From contig CAZWEM010000033.1 of NCBI GenBank assembly GCA_964632315.1, positions 22,642 to 51,353 of the forward strand: a DNA stretch of 28,712 bases. Direction: 5' to 3'. This stretch comes from an uncultured archaeon (GTDB lineage Archaea > Asgardarchaeota > Lokiarchaeia > Sigyniarchaeales > SOKP01). Under the pieces are notes generated by a model. The model was not told the DNA's origin. It searched no databases and saw only the letters and a program-made list of their open reading frames with translations. This document shows, piece after piece, positions 9,113 to 18,696 of the stretch (positions within the stretch are counted from its first letter, which is position 1; every line of letters begins with the position of its first letter). Both the position numbers and the translations under genes were made by a program.

Positions 9113-11272
9113 TTAATATTCGACCCAAATAGGTCCAGCCCAGGTCATCCTACCATTGTCTCCCACAAATCTAATTAGGTAATAATCAAACCCGTTAGTA
9201 TTCAAAGAGCTTGGATCGATTGGATTATCACTAAAGGAATTTATATAACTATTTCCATCAATTTCTATACAATAAGGCGCATAACTGGTTCCAGTTATTG
9301 GATGGGTGTCTATGATTGATATATTTGTGACTGGATTCTCTATATCAATGGATTGATATAAATAGCCATTCTTCATTACTTCAACGGTTCCTTTCCAATT
9401 TGGAGCCCAATTAAAGGAGCTCGAGGTCGATCCCCTTATCTTAGCCGCGGGATTTCCATCTTGAGCTAAAAAAATATTAATTAATCTATGAGAATTTTGA
9501 TTGTTCATTATAATTGTCGAATTATCTCCCACTTTTGTACCGTTAATATTAAATAATAATATAGGTCTCCCATGATCGGAGTTTGCAAAAATTCTCTGAT
9601 TTTCTAAGCCGAAAAATACTCCTTTTCTTGTGAGATTATCAACGAAGACTGCAGTTAATCCACCAGGATATGGATGTTCATTCCTCGTTTGCCAAACACT
9701 ATAAGGTCTTTGATGTCCAATGTAAGCTTGGGTGTGACTTAAGCTATGTCCGGGGTGAGCGTCATGTTCGTCACTCGAACTATATAAGGTCAGTCGATAA
9801 CCCATCGTAAAAGCATCCATTATTGAAGTTCCTCGAGTGTGAACTGGAGGGGGATCGATTGCTCCTCTATAATTCAAATCATTTCTATGTTCGAACAAGA
9901 AATCCCCATGAACGGAAGAAACTTCAGCAATTTTAACGTATTTAGGATTAATATAGGTCCAATCTTCAGGATATGCCCATTTAGTAGTGTGATGGGGCAA
10001 AGCTAATGCTCTTGAGCCAGTTAGATCTGTAAAAGAGTCAAGTGCATTCCATAAATCTTGCGTTGTTGGAAGAATGAGATAAGAGAGAATAGGATCCTTT
10101 ATCAACTCGTCGCCACTGAAAATACAGGTGTAATGACCAGTTTTAACTTGAGTCCATTCTATACCATGAAAAGTCACAAATTTACCGGGAACATAAGCAT
10201 TATTCGTAGCTGATTCTAAGTAATCTAAGGAAGATGGATTCCACATCAAGATCTCGCCATGGTCTGTAATTGCATTAAAATCTATTCGCGCGATATAGCG
10301 AGCATAATATAAGGAATGTTCTGGAGTCCCTGTACCATCTGAAAGTCCTGTATGAGTATGAAAATCTCCCCATACAATGCGTTGACTATCAAGAGCTTGA
10401 TTTTGCACGAGAATGGGATTGCTATAATACAAATTATTAGTATAACTATCATCCACCAAAACATAATGAATTCCAGGAGTTTGGATGCTCATGTTAAACA
10501 CGTGAATGCCGTTATCCTTTCCATCTCTAATTTCATACGCAATATCTGAACCAAGCAATTGTCCGGTAAAAGTATATTCAATTGGAAGATTAGATACCGA
10601 GTTTTCAATTTCTTCATATGTAGTTATATTGAAAGATAGCAATGAAAACGACACAGTTCCTTTATACATTGCACTTATTCTTTCAAACTGGTCCCAAACC
10701 TCCACTGTTAACTCAAATTCTTGATCGATTCCTGCTGTTGAGGGCCCATTTACCCAAAGTAAGCAAGGAGTGTTATCAATAATAACTTCTACATCAATAC
10801 TTACAACAGACCATAGAATTAGTGGTGTTATGGTTGCGAAAACTAATATTGAAGATTTTACTTTTTTCGACAAATCTCCATAAAGTTTCATTATCCTTGT
10901 TTTAAACCGTAAAATTGCTTCATATCTTCTCTTTAAGATAGATACTATCAATAAGGAAGAGAAAAATGTTAGGAAAATGCCTAAACCAGACCATATTACT
11001 AAACTTAAGGGAGAAAATGACTTATAAAAGAAAACCAATAAAGTAACGAACGTGATCGAATATGAAAGAAGGATTCCATTTCTCTTCCAAGCGTTATCGT
11101 TGGAAAAGAAAAAGAAGTATAATCCAATAAGTAAACCAATGAATGACCAAAAGTACCAAAAGAATGTTACTATCCCAAATAGATATAGAAGCGTTCTTGA
11201 AATGCGCTGTAAATGTTTCCATTTCTTGCTATTGGAAGTTGCATAAAAATGTCTACTTACTGTTCGATCCAT
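9113..11272 (-). CDS. Membrane-anchored PHP-fold metallohydrolase (DUF3604/CehA-McbA-like)
   Basis: About 4 N-terminal TM helices and an Ig-like segment; PHP motifs WGDFHTHT-SDG, TDH, GIEW, GHYT, PHH, SDEH; C-terminal WAGPIWV. Confidence 0.8.
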   Translation of the reverse strand: MDRTVSRHFYATSNSKKWKHLQRISRTLLYLFGIVTFFWYFWSFIGLLIGLYFFFFSNDNAWKRNGILLSYSITFVTLLVFFYKSFSPLSLVIWSGLGIFLTFFSSLLIVSILKRRYEAILRFKTRIMKLYGDLSKKVKSSILVFATITPLILWSVVSIDVEVIIDNTPCLLWVNGPSTAGIDQEFELTVEVWDQFERISAMYKGTVSFSLLSFNITTYEEIENSVSNLPIEYTFTGQLLGSDIAYEIRDGKDNGIHVFNMSIQTPGIHYVLVDDSYTNNLYYSNPILVQNQALDSQRIVWGDFHTHTGLSDGTGTPEHSLYYARYIARIDFNAITDHGEILMWNPSSLDYLESATNNAYVPGKFVTFHGIEWTQVKTGHYTCIFSGDELIKDPILSYLILPTTQDLWNALDSFTDLTGSRALALPHHTTKWAYPEDWTYINPKYVKIAEVSSVHGDFLFEHRNDLNYRGAIDPPPVHTRGTSIMDAFTMGYRLTLYSSSDEHDAHPGHSLSHTQAYIGHQRPYSVWQTRNEHPYPGGLTAVFVDNLTRKGVFFGLENQRIFANSDHGRPILLFNINGTKVGDNSTIIMNNQNSHRLINIFLAQDGNPAAKIRGSTSSSFNWAPNWKGTVEVMKNGYLYQSIDIENPVTNISIIDTHPITGTSYAPYCIEIDGNSYINSFSDNPIDPSSLNTNGFDYYLIRFVGDNGRMTWAGPIWVEY

Positions 11273-11274
11273 GA

Positions 11275-12468
11275 TTAGTTCTGTTTTATATCAAATTCAA
11301 TGGTATCTAAAATTTCCATTAGATCTAGTATCAAAAAATCAAAATCGTATTTATCTCTTGCATCTGAAAGGTTTGTCTTACAGAATGGGCAAGTAGAAGT
11401 GATTATCGAGGCTCCAGTTTCAGATGCTTCTTCAAGCCTCTCTTTCGAAATATCAACAGCCCACTCAGGATATCCGATCTTTACACCTCCTCCTGCACCA
11501 CAGCACCAAGCAAAGTTTCGGTTCCTTTTCATTTCCACAAGCTTCAACCCTGGTATTTTTTTATATATTTCTCTAGGGAGCTCATAAATGCCCATGTGCC
11601 TTCCCAAATGGCAAGGATCGTGATATGTGACGGTGTATTTGAATTCCGATTTGAATTCGATTTTATCTTCATCTAATAGTTGTTTTACTAATTCCATGGT
11701 ATGGAGCACTTCAAAACCATAATCTGCTCCAAATTTTTTAAAATCTTTTTTCATTGTTCGATAACATCCAGCACAAGATGTTATTACTTTAGTGGCTCCG
11801 GCATTTTTAATTGCAGCAATATTATAATTCATGTATTCATTTGTTAATGAAATTTGACCCGTTCTTATCAAGGGACTCGTACAACAACGCTCATCAATTA
11901 ATGTAAAATTTATTCCTGCTCTTTTGAGAAATCTTAATGAAGAATCTCTAAGAGATTGTTGACGATAATTAGATGTACATCCTATGAAATAGACGTATTC
12001 TGCTTTTTCAGGAAGATTATATTCTCGCTTCAAATCTTCATTGGTTGAGTTTTTGTCCCCATACGGATTAAAATTTTCATTACATCGGGAGATTAGAAGT
12101 TTTTGATTCTTTGCAGGCCCAATATTTTTGACCGCTAATTCTCTTAATGCTTCTATCATGTCAACAATGTAATCAGCATGAGGTGCCTGACAAGAATCAC
12201 TACATGCTCCACATGTAGTACACGCAAATATGGGATCGAGTATATCCTCTGACCATTCTAGATCTCCAAGTAAAAGGCCTCGAATGGTCCGAATCTTGCC
12301 CGACGCCCAATATGATTCAAATAAAAAATGCTCACCTGAAGGACAAGTTTTATCATAACTCTTGTATCCATATTTACACGTACTACATTTGATACATCGA
12401 TCAAATGCCATCTCAAGAAATTCTTTTCCAATTATCTCATCCTTAATTGTAACCATTAAGTATTCCAC
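11275..12468 (-). CDS. HdrD/GlpC/GlcF-like Fe-S protein (2x[4Fe-4S] + 2 CCG domains); likely start is ATG 12456 (TAATG overlap)
   Basis: CIKCSTC...CP, CTTCGACSDSC, YFIGC, CCT, TSCAGC, YHDPCHLGR, CCGAGGG, TCPFC. Confidence 0.9.
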   Translation of the reverse strand: MEYLMVTIKDEIIGKEFLEMAFDRCIKCSTCKYGYKSYDKTCPSGEHFLFESYWASGKIRTIRGLLLGDLEWSEDILDPIFACTTCGACSDSCQAPHADYIVDMIEALRELAVKNIGPAKNQKLLISRCNENFNPYGDKNSTNEDLKREYNLPEKAEYVYFIGCTSNYRQQSLRDSSLRFLKRAGINFTLIDERCCTSPLIRTGQISLTNEYMNYNIAAIKNAGATKVITSCAGCYRTMKKDFKKFGADYGFEVLHTMELVKQLLDEDKIEFKSEFKYTVTYHDPCHLGRHMGIYELPREIYKKIPGLKLVEMKRNRNFAWCCGAGGGVKIGYPEWAVDISKERLEEASETGASIITSTCPFCKTNLSDARDKYDFDFLILDLMEILDTIEFDIKQN

Positions 12469-13937
12469 CTTCCAGGATTAAAGATATTGTTTGGATCGAG
12501 ACAATTTTTAACCTTTTCAAACAAACCAAGCCATCCGGGATTTATTTTTTTTCTTAATTTTTCTGTCATCCAAGTCGGCGTTTTGTAGGGAATGCAGCCC
12601 AAATCAATACAAGTATCAGTTATCTCTTCCAAGCATGTATGATAACGTTCTTCTTCTCCCTCTGTGAACTTTTTATAACGCATTATTGGTCTAAATATCG
12701 AATAATGACTACTTTTCATTGATTTCATGTAAATAAATGAAGGGATGTCATGTTTATGGAAAATTGTATCAACTTTTTGAATTAATTCTTCTAATTTATG
12801 AGATGGAGCATATGATCCAAACCATGTTAGGCCTGAGTATTCTACTAAGGATAATAATGCTGCTGGTAGATCTAAATAACATCTCACTCTCAAGCTAAAA
12901 AGCTTACTAAATTCGTCTACATCGGCAAGAACGATGTTTTTTCCCTCTTCATTCAATGACTCTATAGTTTTTTCTAATATCTCTTTTTTTGCTTCAAGAT
13001 GCTTATTAGACGTAGCAGAAATCACGAGAAGAGCAGCAAAATCTGGTTCATTAGCATATTTTTTAGGTTCTGGAAGTTCAACGGTCATCTTCACGACTTC
13101 AATGCTTACAGCTGAAATGTCATCAACGACTTCAGTTCTTCCTGCTTCTCGCAGAACCGAAGCTACATCAGTTAGTCCAAAAGTTACAGCTAAATATGTC
13201 TTTTTAAAGTTCGGTTTTGGCCATAATTGGACAGCACATTTACTCACCAAACCCGTCATTCCTTGCCAATTAATAAACAAGCCCATTAGATCTGGCATTG
13301 GATACCTGCTCCACCATGATTTTACATCGGCTTCCTTTTTTCCGTAGAAGCAAGAACCAATGCGAGTAATATTTCCATCAGCAGTAATCACTTCAAGTCC
13401 ATTGATGGAATCTCCCATTGAACCTAATTTACAGGACAAGTTGTTCATTCCACTTAATATCGCATTACCAACTACACCAGCATAAGGAGGAGCGAATGGA
13501 TAACTATATCTTAAATGTGGAAAGTTCTCTTCGAGATGTTTTTCTAATTGTCCAAATGTTACTCCCGGTTCTAACAATGCGTACATCATTTCATCGTCAA
13601 CATGAAGGATCTTGTTCATTTTCTTACCGAAATCTACTATGATCCCTCCTTGTTCAGGAATGGTTAAACCCCCAACATTATTACCAGAGATATAAGGAAC
13701 AATAGGTATAATATTTTTATTACAAAACTTAACCAATTCGACCAATTGGCTCTCATTTTCGGGGATGACTATGAAATCGGGCATATGGGGGTTACTTTCT
13801 GTCATATCATAAGAATAGGGATATAAATCTACTTGTTTCTCGGTAACATTTGGTTTTCCGAAAATGGATTCTAATTGAGCTTTAACATCCTCCTTACTGA
13901 TATTTTCATAAATATTCCTTTCCTTTATAGATGTCAT
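12456..13937 (-). CDS. FAD-binding oxidoreductase, VAO/PCMH superfamily (PchF-like)
   Basis: PDFIVIP, SGNNVGG, MNKILHVDDEMMYALLEPGVTFGQ, GLEVITADG, PDLMGLF, LWPKP, C-terminal DPNNIFNPG. Lacks the GEHG metal motif of GlcD/D-lactate dehydrogenase. Confidence 0.85.
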   Translation of the reverse strand: MTSIKERNIYENISKEDVKAQLESIFGKPNVTEKQVDLYPYSYDMTESNPHMPDFIVIPENESQLVELVKFCNKNIIPIVPYISGNNVGGLTIPEQGGIIVDFGKKMNKILHVDDEMMYALLEPGVTFGQLEKHLEENFPHLRYSYPFAPPYAGVVGNAILSGMNNLSCKLGSMGDSINGLEVITADGNITRIGSCFYGKKEADVKSWWSRYPMPDLMGLFINWQGMTGLVSKCAVQLWPKPNFKKTYLAVTFGLTDVASVLREAGRTEVVDDISAVSIEVVKMTVELPEPKKYANEPDFAALLVISATSNKHLEAKKEILEKTIESLNEEGKNIVLADVDEFSKLFSLRVRCYLDLPAALLSLVEYSGLTWFGSYAPSHKLEELIQKVDTIFHKHDIPSFIYMKSMKSSHYSIFRPIMRYKKFTEGEEERYHTCLEEITDTCIDLGCIPYKTPTWMTEKLRKKINPGWLGLFEKVKNCLDPNNIFNPGRWNT

Positions 13938-13939
13938 TT

Positions 13940-14362
13940 TTATCTTGTCTCCTTATTTAATTCATAATAATTTTGATTTGGATTTGCAGCAACCATTTTC
14001 ATGGATTTCACAAATATCCTCAAAAATTTCAGTAAGGTGAAAAGCCTATACATTCCTTTTATTTTAACCTTGCGCATGGTTGTACCTAATATCGGATTTA
14101 ACCTTCCAAATGCAATATCTAAGAGAGTATCCAAACTCATCATGATTCTCAAATCGACTTCCTCGTCCAAATCCTCGATTTTGAATCTCACTTGGTTCCC
14201 TTCAAATATTACCTCAAGTGGATAAAATTTTTCAATCTCAATGATCAGTTTTTTATTCCAATTATTAACTAACTTAATGAATTTTTCTTCATTTTTTCGA
14301 TAACTCAGTATGTTATGCACTGAAATTCCCAATAAGTCATCCGCTTTTTCTATATTGATCAT
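13940..14362 (-). CDS. SCP2 sterol/lipid-binding-domain-like protein
   Basis: VDLRIMMSLDTLLDIAFGRLNPI...RKVKIKG matches the SCP2 pattern D-x-x-I...L-x-G-x-L-N-P...G-K-x-K-I-x-G. Confidence 0.65.
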   Translation of the reverse strand: MINIEKADDLLGISVHNILSYRKNEEKFIKLVNNWNKKLIIEIEKFYPLEVIFEGNQVRFKIEDLDEEVDLRIMMSLDTLLDIAFGRLNPILGTTMRKVKIKGMYRLFTLLKFLRIFVKSMKMVAANPNQNYYELNKETR

Positions 14363-14480
14363 TTTTCTGTGTTGTTTGAGATTTAATATTTATATGAGTA
14401 AATTTTACTTTCAATTATAAATATTTATTTATTTAATTTGAAATAATATTAATCTAAATTTCCCAGCGAAAAGAAAAAAC

Positions 14481-15242
14481 TTGAGTAAAGAGCAATTCTT
14501 ATCAAAAATCCATTACTTTTTCAAAGAGCAAGAAGATAAGGGAAAGACATTTACAATCTATAAATATAAACAAAACTTTCAAGATTCTCTAAAGCAAACT
14601 GGTATTGGAGTTAAATTAAACCAATTTAAAGAATTAATCTTGGAAGAAGAGACCGGAATTGAATTAGGTGGATTTGGTCAAAAAAGCTTTTCATTAGTAT
14701 ATCCAATCGAAGAAGGTTTGATAGAAGATGGAAAAATTTCACTTTTGGGTCCTGAATTGGATATAAATTCAAATAAAAACCTTGATTTTGGGATGTTGTT
14801 AATAGTTGAAGTTCAAAAGTTAACCGGACGAACTTACAGAGAACTTAACACTTTTAGTATTATATCAAATGGCCTAGAAGGTTTTTCAGTACGAACCATT
14901 CCAAGAAGATTCTGGTGTAGAATTAGCCAAAATCTCATGAAAAAAAATTTTAACCTCGAGATCTTTGGAAACGCTATAATTGAGCTTTATAAATCTAATT
15001 TCGAAAATATCAAATCAATGGAAGTCTTTTTCATAAATTCTGACCGAGATGCGATAAACAAATTTATAACACTCAGCTCTCAAATTTCTTTAGAATTTGA
15101 GAAGGATTGGAGAAAAAAGGTAGATAGTTATAAAAAAAGAATCGATTGTGAATATGACTGGGGCTGTGATATATGTCCTTTCCAGTTAGATTGTCAGGAT
15201 TTCAAAGATTTATTAACAACCAGAAATCAATTGAATGATTAA
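14481..15242 (+). CDS. Truncated acetyl-CoA synthase (CdhC/AcsB)-like protein with a C-terminal 4-Cys motif
   Basis: IELGG, IEDGKISLLGPEL, EGF...WCRIS...FGNAI resemble the ACS middle domain. The protein ends at CEYDWGCDICPFQLDC and has no A-cluster domain. Confidence 0.7.
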   Translation: MSKEQFLSKIHYFFKEQEDKGKTFTIYKYKQNFQDSLKQTGIGVKLNQFKELILEEETGIELGGFGQKSFSLVYPIEEGLIEDGKISLLGPELDINSNKNLDFGMLLIVEVQKLTGRTYRELNTFSIISNGLEGFSVRTIPRRFWCRISQNLMKKNFNLEIFGNAIIELYKSNFENIKSMEVFFINSDRDAINKFITLSSQISLEFEKDWRKKVDSYKKRIDCEYDWGCDICPFQLDCQDFKDLLTTRNQLND

Positions 15243-16032
15243 TGTAAAAGAGAAAAAGATAATTATGGTAACTACGTATGTAATTGCCGTTGTTGGAAAA
15301 GGGGGCGTGGGCAAATCTATTATCACAGCTTTATTAGCTAAGGCAATATCAGAGAATAATATATATAAACTCTTACTAATTGATGCTGATCCTGCCTATC
15401 CTCACTTGAGCGTAATGCTCAATTTAAAACCTAAAAAATCCGTGGAGAGCATTAGATCCGAAATTATACAAAATACATTGCAAAAACAAAAGGATGTGAA
15501 GGAAATTGCAGAAAACATAGATTTTTACGTGTACAACGCCATTGAAGAATCAAAATCATTCAGTTTACTTTCAATTGGTCAACCGGAAGACTCTGGTTGT
15601 TTCTGCCCCTCCAATACTCTTCTCAAAAAGGTAATTGAATCTATATCAAGAGACTTTGATATTGTCTTAATTGATTGTGAAGCCGGGTTAGAACAGATAT
15701 CTCGAAAAGTAATAGAAAATATAGATTATTTATTAATAATCACGGATATCTCTCTTAGAAGTGTTGATACAGCTGTTACTATAAGCAAAATGGGAAAAAA
15801 ATTTACTAAGTCTGAGAAATCGGGTGTTATTATCAATAAATCGGAAGGAAACATCTCAAATATCATAGAAAAAATCAAATCTCATGGATTAGATCTAATC
15901 GGTGTCATTCCAAGAGACCCGAAGATTAGTGAGTTAGACCTTAATGCTATACCAATGACATCAATTGGGCAGAATAATAGAAGTTATCAAAAAATTAAAG
16001 AAATATTAAACACTATCCTTTTAATTAATTAA
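15235..16032 (+). CDS. cooC: CooC/AcsF-type nickel-insertion ATPase (MinD/ParA family); start may be ATG 15265
   Basis: Deviant Walker A VGKGGVGKS, IDADP, Ni-binding GCFCP, DCEAGLEQISR. Confidence 0.88.
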   Translation: MINVKEKKIIMVTTYVIAVVGKGGVGKSIITALLAKAISENNIYKLLLIDADPAYPHLSVMLNLKPKKSVESIRSEIIQNTLQKQKDVKEIAENIDFYVYNAIEESKSFSLLSIGQPEDSGCFCPSNTLLKKVIESISRDFDIVLIDCEAGLEQISRKVIENIDYLLIITDISLRSVDTAVTISKMGKKFTKSEKSGVIINKSEGNISNIIEKIKSHGLDLIGVIPRDPKISELDLNAIPMTSIGQNNRSYQKIKEILNTILLIN

Positions 16033-17285
16033 GGAAATAAGCCTCGTAATTCATGAGTCTTTGCTACTCTTTCAATCGCTATCATGTATGCGGCGTTGCG
16101 AAGTGTAACTTTTTTTTCTTCCGAAATCGCCCAAACTTTTTCGAAAGCATCGAGAAGAATATTTTTCATCTCGCTTATTACCCTTTCTTTTTTCCAAAAA
16201 TATGAATGCAATCCCTGAATGTACTCAAAGTACGACACGCACAATGCACCTCCATTCGCTAAAATATCTGGCACCACTAATATCCCTCTGGAGTCTAGAA
16301 TAGCATCTGCTTGACTAGTCACTGGACCATCAGCACCCTCAAGAATGATCTGGCAGTCAATCTTCTCTGCATTTTTGCTGGTAATTTGATTTTCGATTGC
16401 TGCAGGAATTAAAACGTCACATTTTATTTCCAGTACCTCGAGATTTGTTCGTTTAATTGTACTTTTATCCTTAAAATCACTAACTTGATTTCCCTTCTTC
16501 TTCCATTCGATTAATCTATCAATATTTAATCCATCTTCAGAATATATCCCCCCAGTACTGTCGGAAACGGCCAAGATATTGCAATCATTATCATATAAAC
16601 TTTTTGCTATTACCATTCCTAATTTTCCGAATCCTTGGATTGCAATTTTTAGATTTTTTGAATTTAACCCCCTCTTACCACAAATAGCTTCTAAAATAAA
16701 GAAAAGTCCAAGTCCTGAAGCATCTGCTCTGCCTTCTGTGCCCCCTATTTCAATTGGTTTCCCAGTAACTACTCCCGGTACTGATTTGCCTTTTTGCATT
16801 GAATATACATCCATGATCCAAGCCATCGTTTGCTCATCCGTATTTAATCCAGGAGTGAGAATATCCATATCTGGACCAATCATGTTAATAATTTCTGCGG
16901 TATATCTTCTCGTAAGTTTCTCTATTTCCTTTTTAGATAACTGTTTAACATCTACTCGCACACCCCCCTTAGACCCTCCTAATGGTATTCCTAAAAGAGC
17001 AGTTTTAAAAGTCATTAAAAAGGCTAAAGCCTTGATGTCATCCAAAGTGAGATCAAGAGCATATCTAACACCTCCTATAGCGGGTCCCCTAAGGATGGAA
17101 TGATGAACTCGATAGCCCTCAAAAATCTTCAATCGACCATCATCCATAATGATTGGGATTGTAACCACTAAAATTCTGTCCGCTCCCTTTAAATATTCGA
17201 TGGTATTCTCATTTAAATTAATTAATCTTGCCGCAATTTCGAGTTGTTTCTTTCTAGTTTCATAGGGATTTGGTCTGGGAATCAT
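16029..17285 (-). CDS. Glu/Leu/Phe/Val dehydrogenase family (glutamate dehydrogenase-like) with active-site substitutions
   Basis: GYRVHH, MTFK, GGSKGG, LTRRY, VVTGKP, AIQGFGKLG, LIPAAIENQI, PDILANGG, VSYFE. Confidence 0.92.
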   Translation of the reverse strand: MIPRPNPYETRKKQLEIAARLINLNENTIEYLKGADRILVVTIPIIMDDGRLKIFEGYRVHHSILRGPAIGGVRYALDLTLDDIKALAFLMTFKTALLGIPLGGSKGGVRVDVKQLSKKEIEKLTRRYTAEIINMIGPDMDILTPGLNTDEQTMAWIMDVYSMQKGKSVPGVVTGKPIEIGGTEGRADASGLGLFFILEAICGKRGLNSKNLKIAIQGFGKLGMVIAKSLYDNDCNILAVSDSTGGIYSEDGLNIDRLIEWKKKGNQVSDFKDKSTIKRTNLEVLEIKCDVLIPAAIENQITSKNAEKIDCQIILEGADGPVTSQADAILDSRGILVVPDILANGGALCVSYFEYIQGLHSYFWKKERVISEMKNILLDAFEKVWAISEEKKVTLRNAAYMIAIERVAKTHELRGLFP

Positions 17286-17366
17286 CAGAAATATTCTCCT
17301 TATTCATTAAAATCAAGTTTAGAAACATATTATTTTATATAAATTCACAAGATACATGAAGTTTAT

Positions 17367-18416
17367 TTATAGATTTATCAAGCAGTATTCAACAAATTTG
17401 GTTGCATCAAACGCACACCCTCCAGCATCAAGTCCACCTAATTGATCTAGAAGTTCAGTATCAACATTATTTCCATAAAGCCAAAGATCCTTTAAATTAG
17501 TGAGAGATTCTAATCCACTGATTTTTGAAATGATATTGTCCCCTAAATCTAATGTTTCTAAGTTATGTAAAGTTTCCAGACCTTGAATGACTTCAATTTT
17601 ATTCCCCGATAAAAACAATTTGTTAAGTCCAGTCACTTCATATAGATTATTGATTTCATCAATTTGATTATCCTTTAAATTGAGAACGCTCAAATTCACG
17701 CAGTTTTCTAATCCATTGATCTCTTTTATCTCATTTGAAGTAATCCAAAGGGTATTTAACTTTTGTAAGGCCTCCAATCCCGTAATTTTTTTTATGTGGT
17801 TATCATTAAGGTATAATTCTGTTAATAATTCTAATTGATCTAATCCTTCAATGCGTTCAATAAGATTTCCCGCAAGATTCAATATTTTCAAGTTCTTTAG
17901 TCCACCTAATCCTTCTAAAGTTTTTATCTGATTTCCCGCTATCCATAATACTTCTAATTCACTTAAATTTTCCAATCCTTTAATTTTTCTTATTGAATTC
18001 CAAGATAAATCTAATTTTTGTAAATTAGTCAGATTTTCTATACCCTTTAATTCAGATAACTGGTTGCTCCGTAAGTAAAGTTCTTCCAAGTTAGTCAAAT
18101 TTTCTAAATCCTCGATCTTGGAGATATTATTCGAAGCTAAATGTAAGATTTTTAAACTTTTAAGATTAGAAATCCCTGACATTGAAGATAATTTATTGCT
18201 AGTGATGTTTAGTATTTCAAGATTGTTGAGTTCATCTAATCCAGTAATTTGCTGAATCTCATTCGAACTCAATTCCAGATGTTTCACGTGGGACTTATTT
18301 AAATTTTGTATTTGAGAAATATCTTCTATTTCTAATAATCCTAAGTCCAAAAATCCAGCTTGAACTTCATAGGTTTCACCTTTATATTTTACTTGGTTTA
18401 TGCTATCCACATCCAT
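17367..18416 (-). CDS. Stand-alone SDS22-like LRR protein
   Basis: About 13 regular 22-aa repeats LxxLxLxxNxIxxIxGLxxLxx; N-cap VKYKGETYEV, C-cap FVEYC. Confidence 0.92.
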   Translation of the reverse strand: MDVDSINQVKYKGETYEVQAGFLDLGLLEIEDISQIQNLNKSHVKHLELSSNEIQQITGLDELNNLEILNITSNKLSSMSGISNLKSLKILHLASNNISKIEDLENLTNLEELYLRSNQLSELKGIENLTNLQKLDLSWNSIRKIKGLENLSELEVLWIAGNQIKTLEGLGGLKNLKILNLAGNLIERIEGLDQLELLTELYLNDNHIKKITGLEALQKLNTLWITSNEIKEINGLENCVNLSVLNLKDNQIDEINNLYEVTGLNKLFLSGNKIEVIQGLETLHNLETLDLGDNIISKISGLESLTNLKDLWLYGNNVDTELLDQLGGLDAGGCAFDATKFVEYCLINL

Positions 18417-18494
18417 GCAATTTAATGAGAAAAAATAGAAAACTTCACTGTTACATTTGTTTGCTTTTAATTTATAATTTTTCGTTAGAATTAA

Positions 18495-18506
18495 ATCTCA
18501 TGAGAT
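18495..18506. promoter_or_regulatory. 12-bp palindrome ATCTCATGAGAT in the divergent promoter region between the LRR gene and the zinc-finger microproteins
   Basis: Read directly; function inferred. Confidence 0.3.
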
Positions 18507-18585
18507 AAATTAGCATCTGTTCAACTTTTATATTATAATTTAAAAATTTAAGATTCACTAATCGCATAAGAATTGTGATGAGACC

Positions 18586-18696
18586 ATGATTTTTTGTATA
18601 AAATGCAGAACACAAAGAGTTGGAGAAAGAGACGGTTATTATTATTGCTCTCAATGTGGTAAAATCACGTGGTTTATCCCACTTAGATTCAAATGA
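18586..18696 (+). CDS. Zinc-ribbon microprotein 1 (36 aa, CxxC-x13-CxxC); not in the ORF track
   Basis: Translated by hand: MIFCIKCRTQRVGERDGYYYCSQCGKITWFIPLRFK*. Confidence 0.7.
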   Translation: MIFCIKCRTQRVGERDGYYYCSQCGKITWFIPLRFK

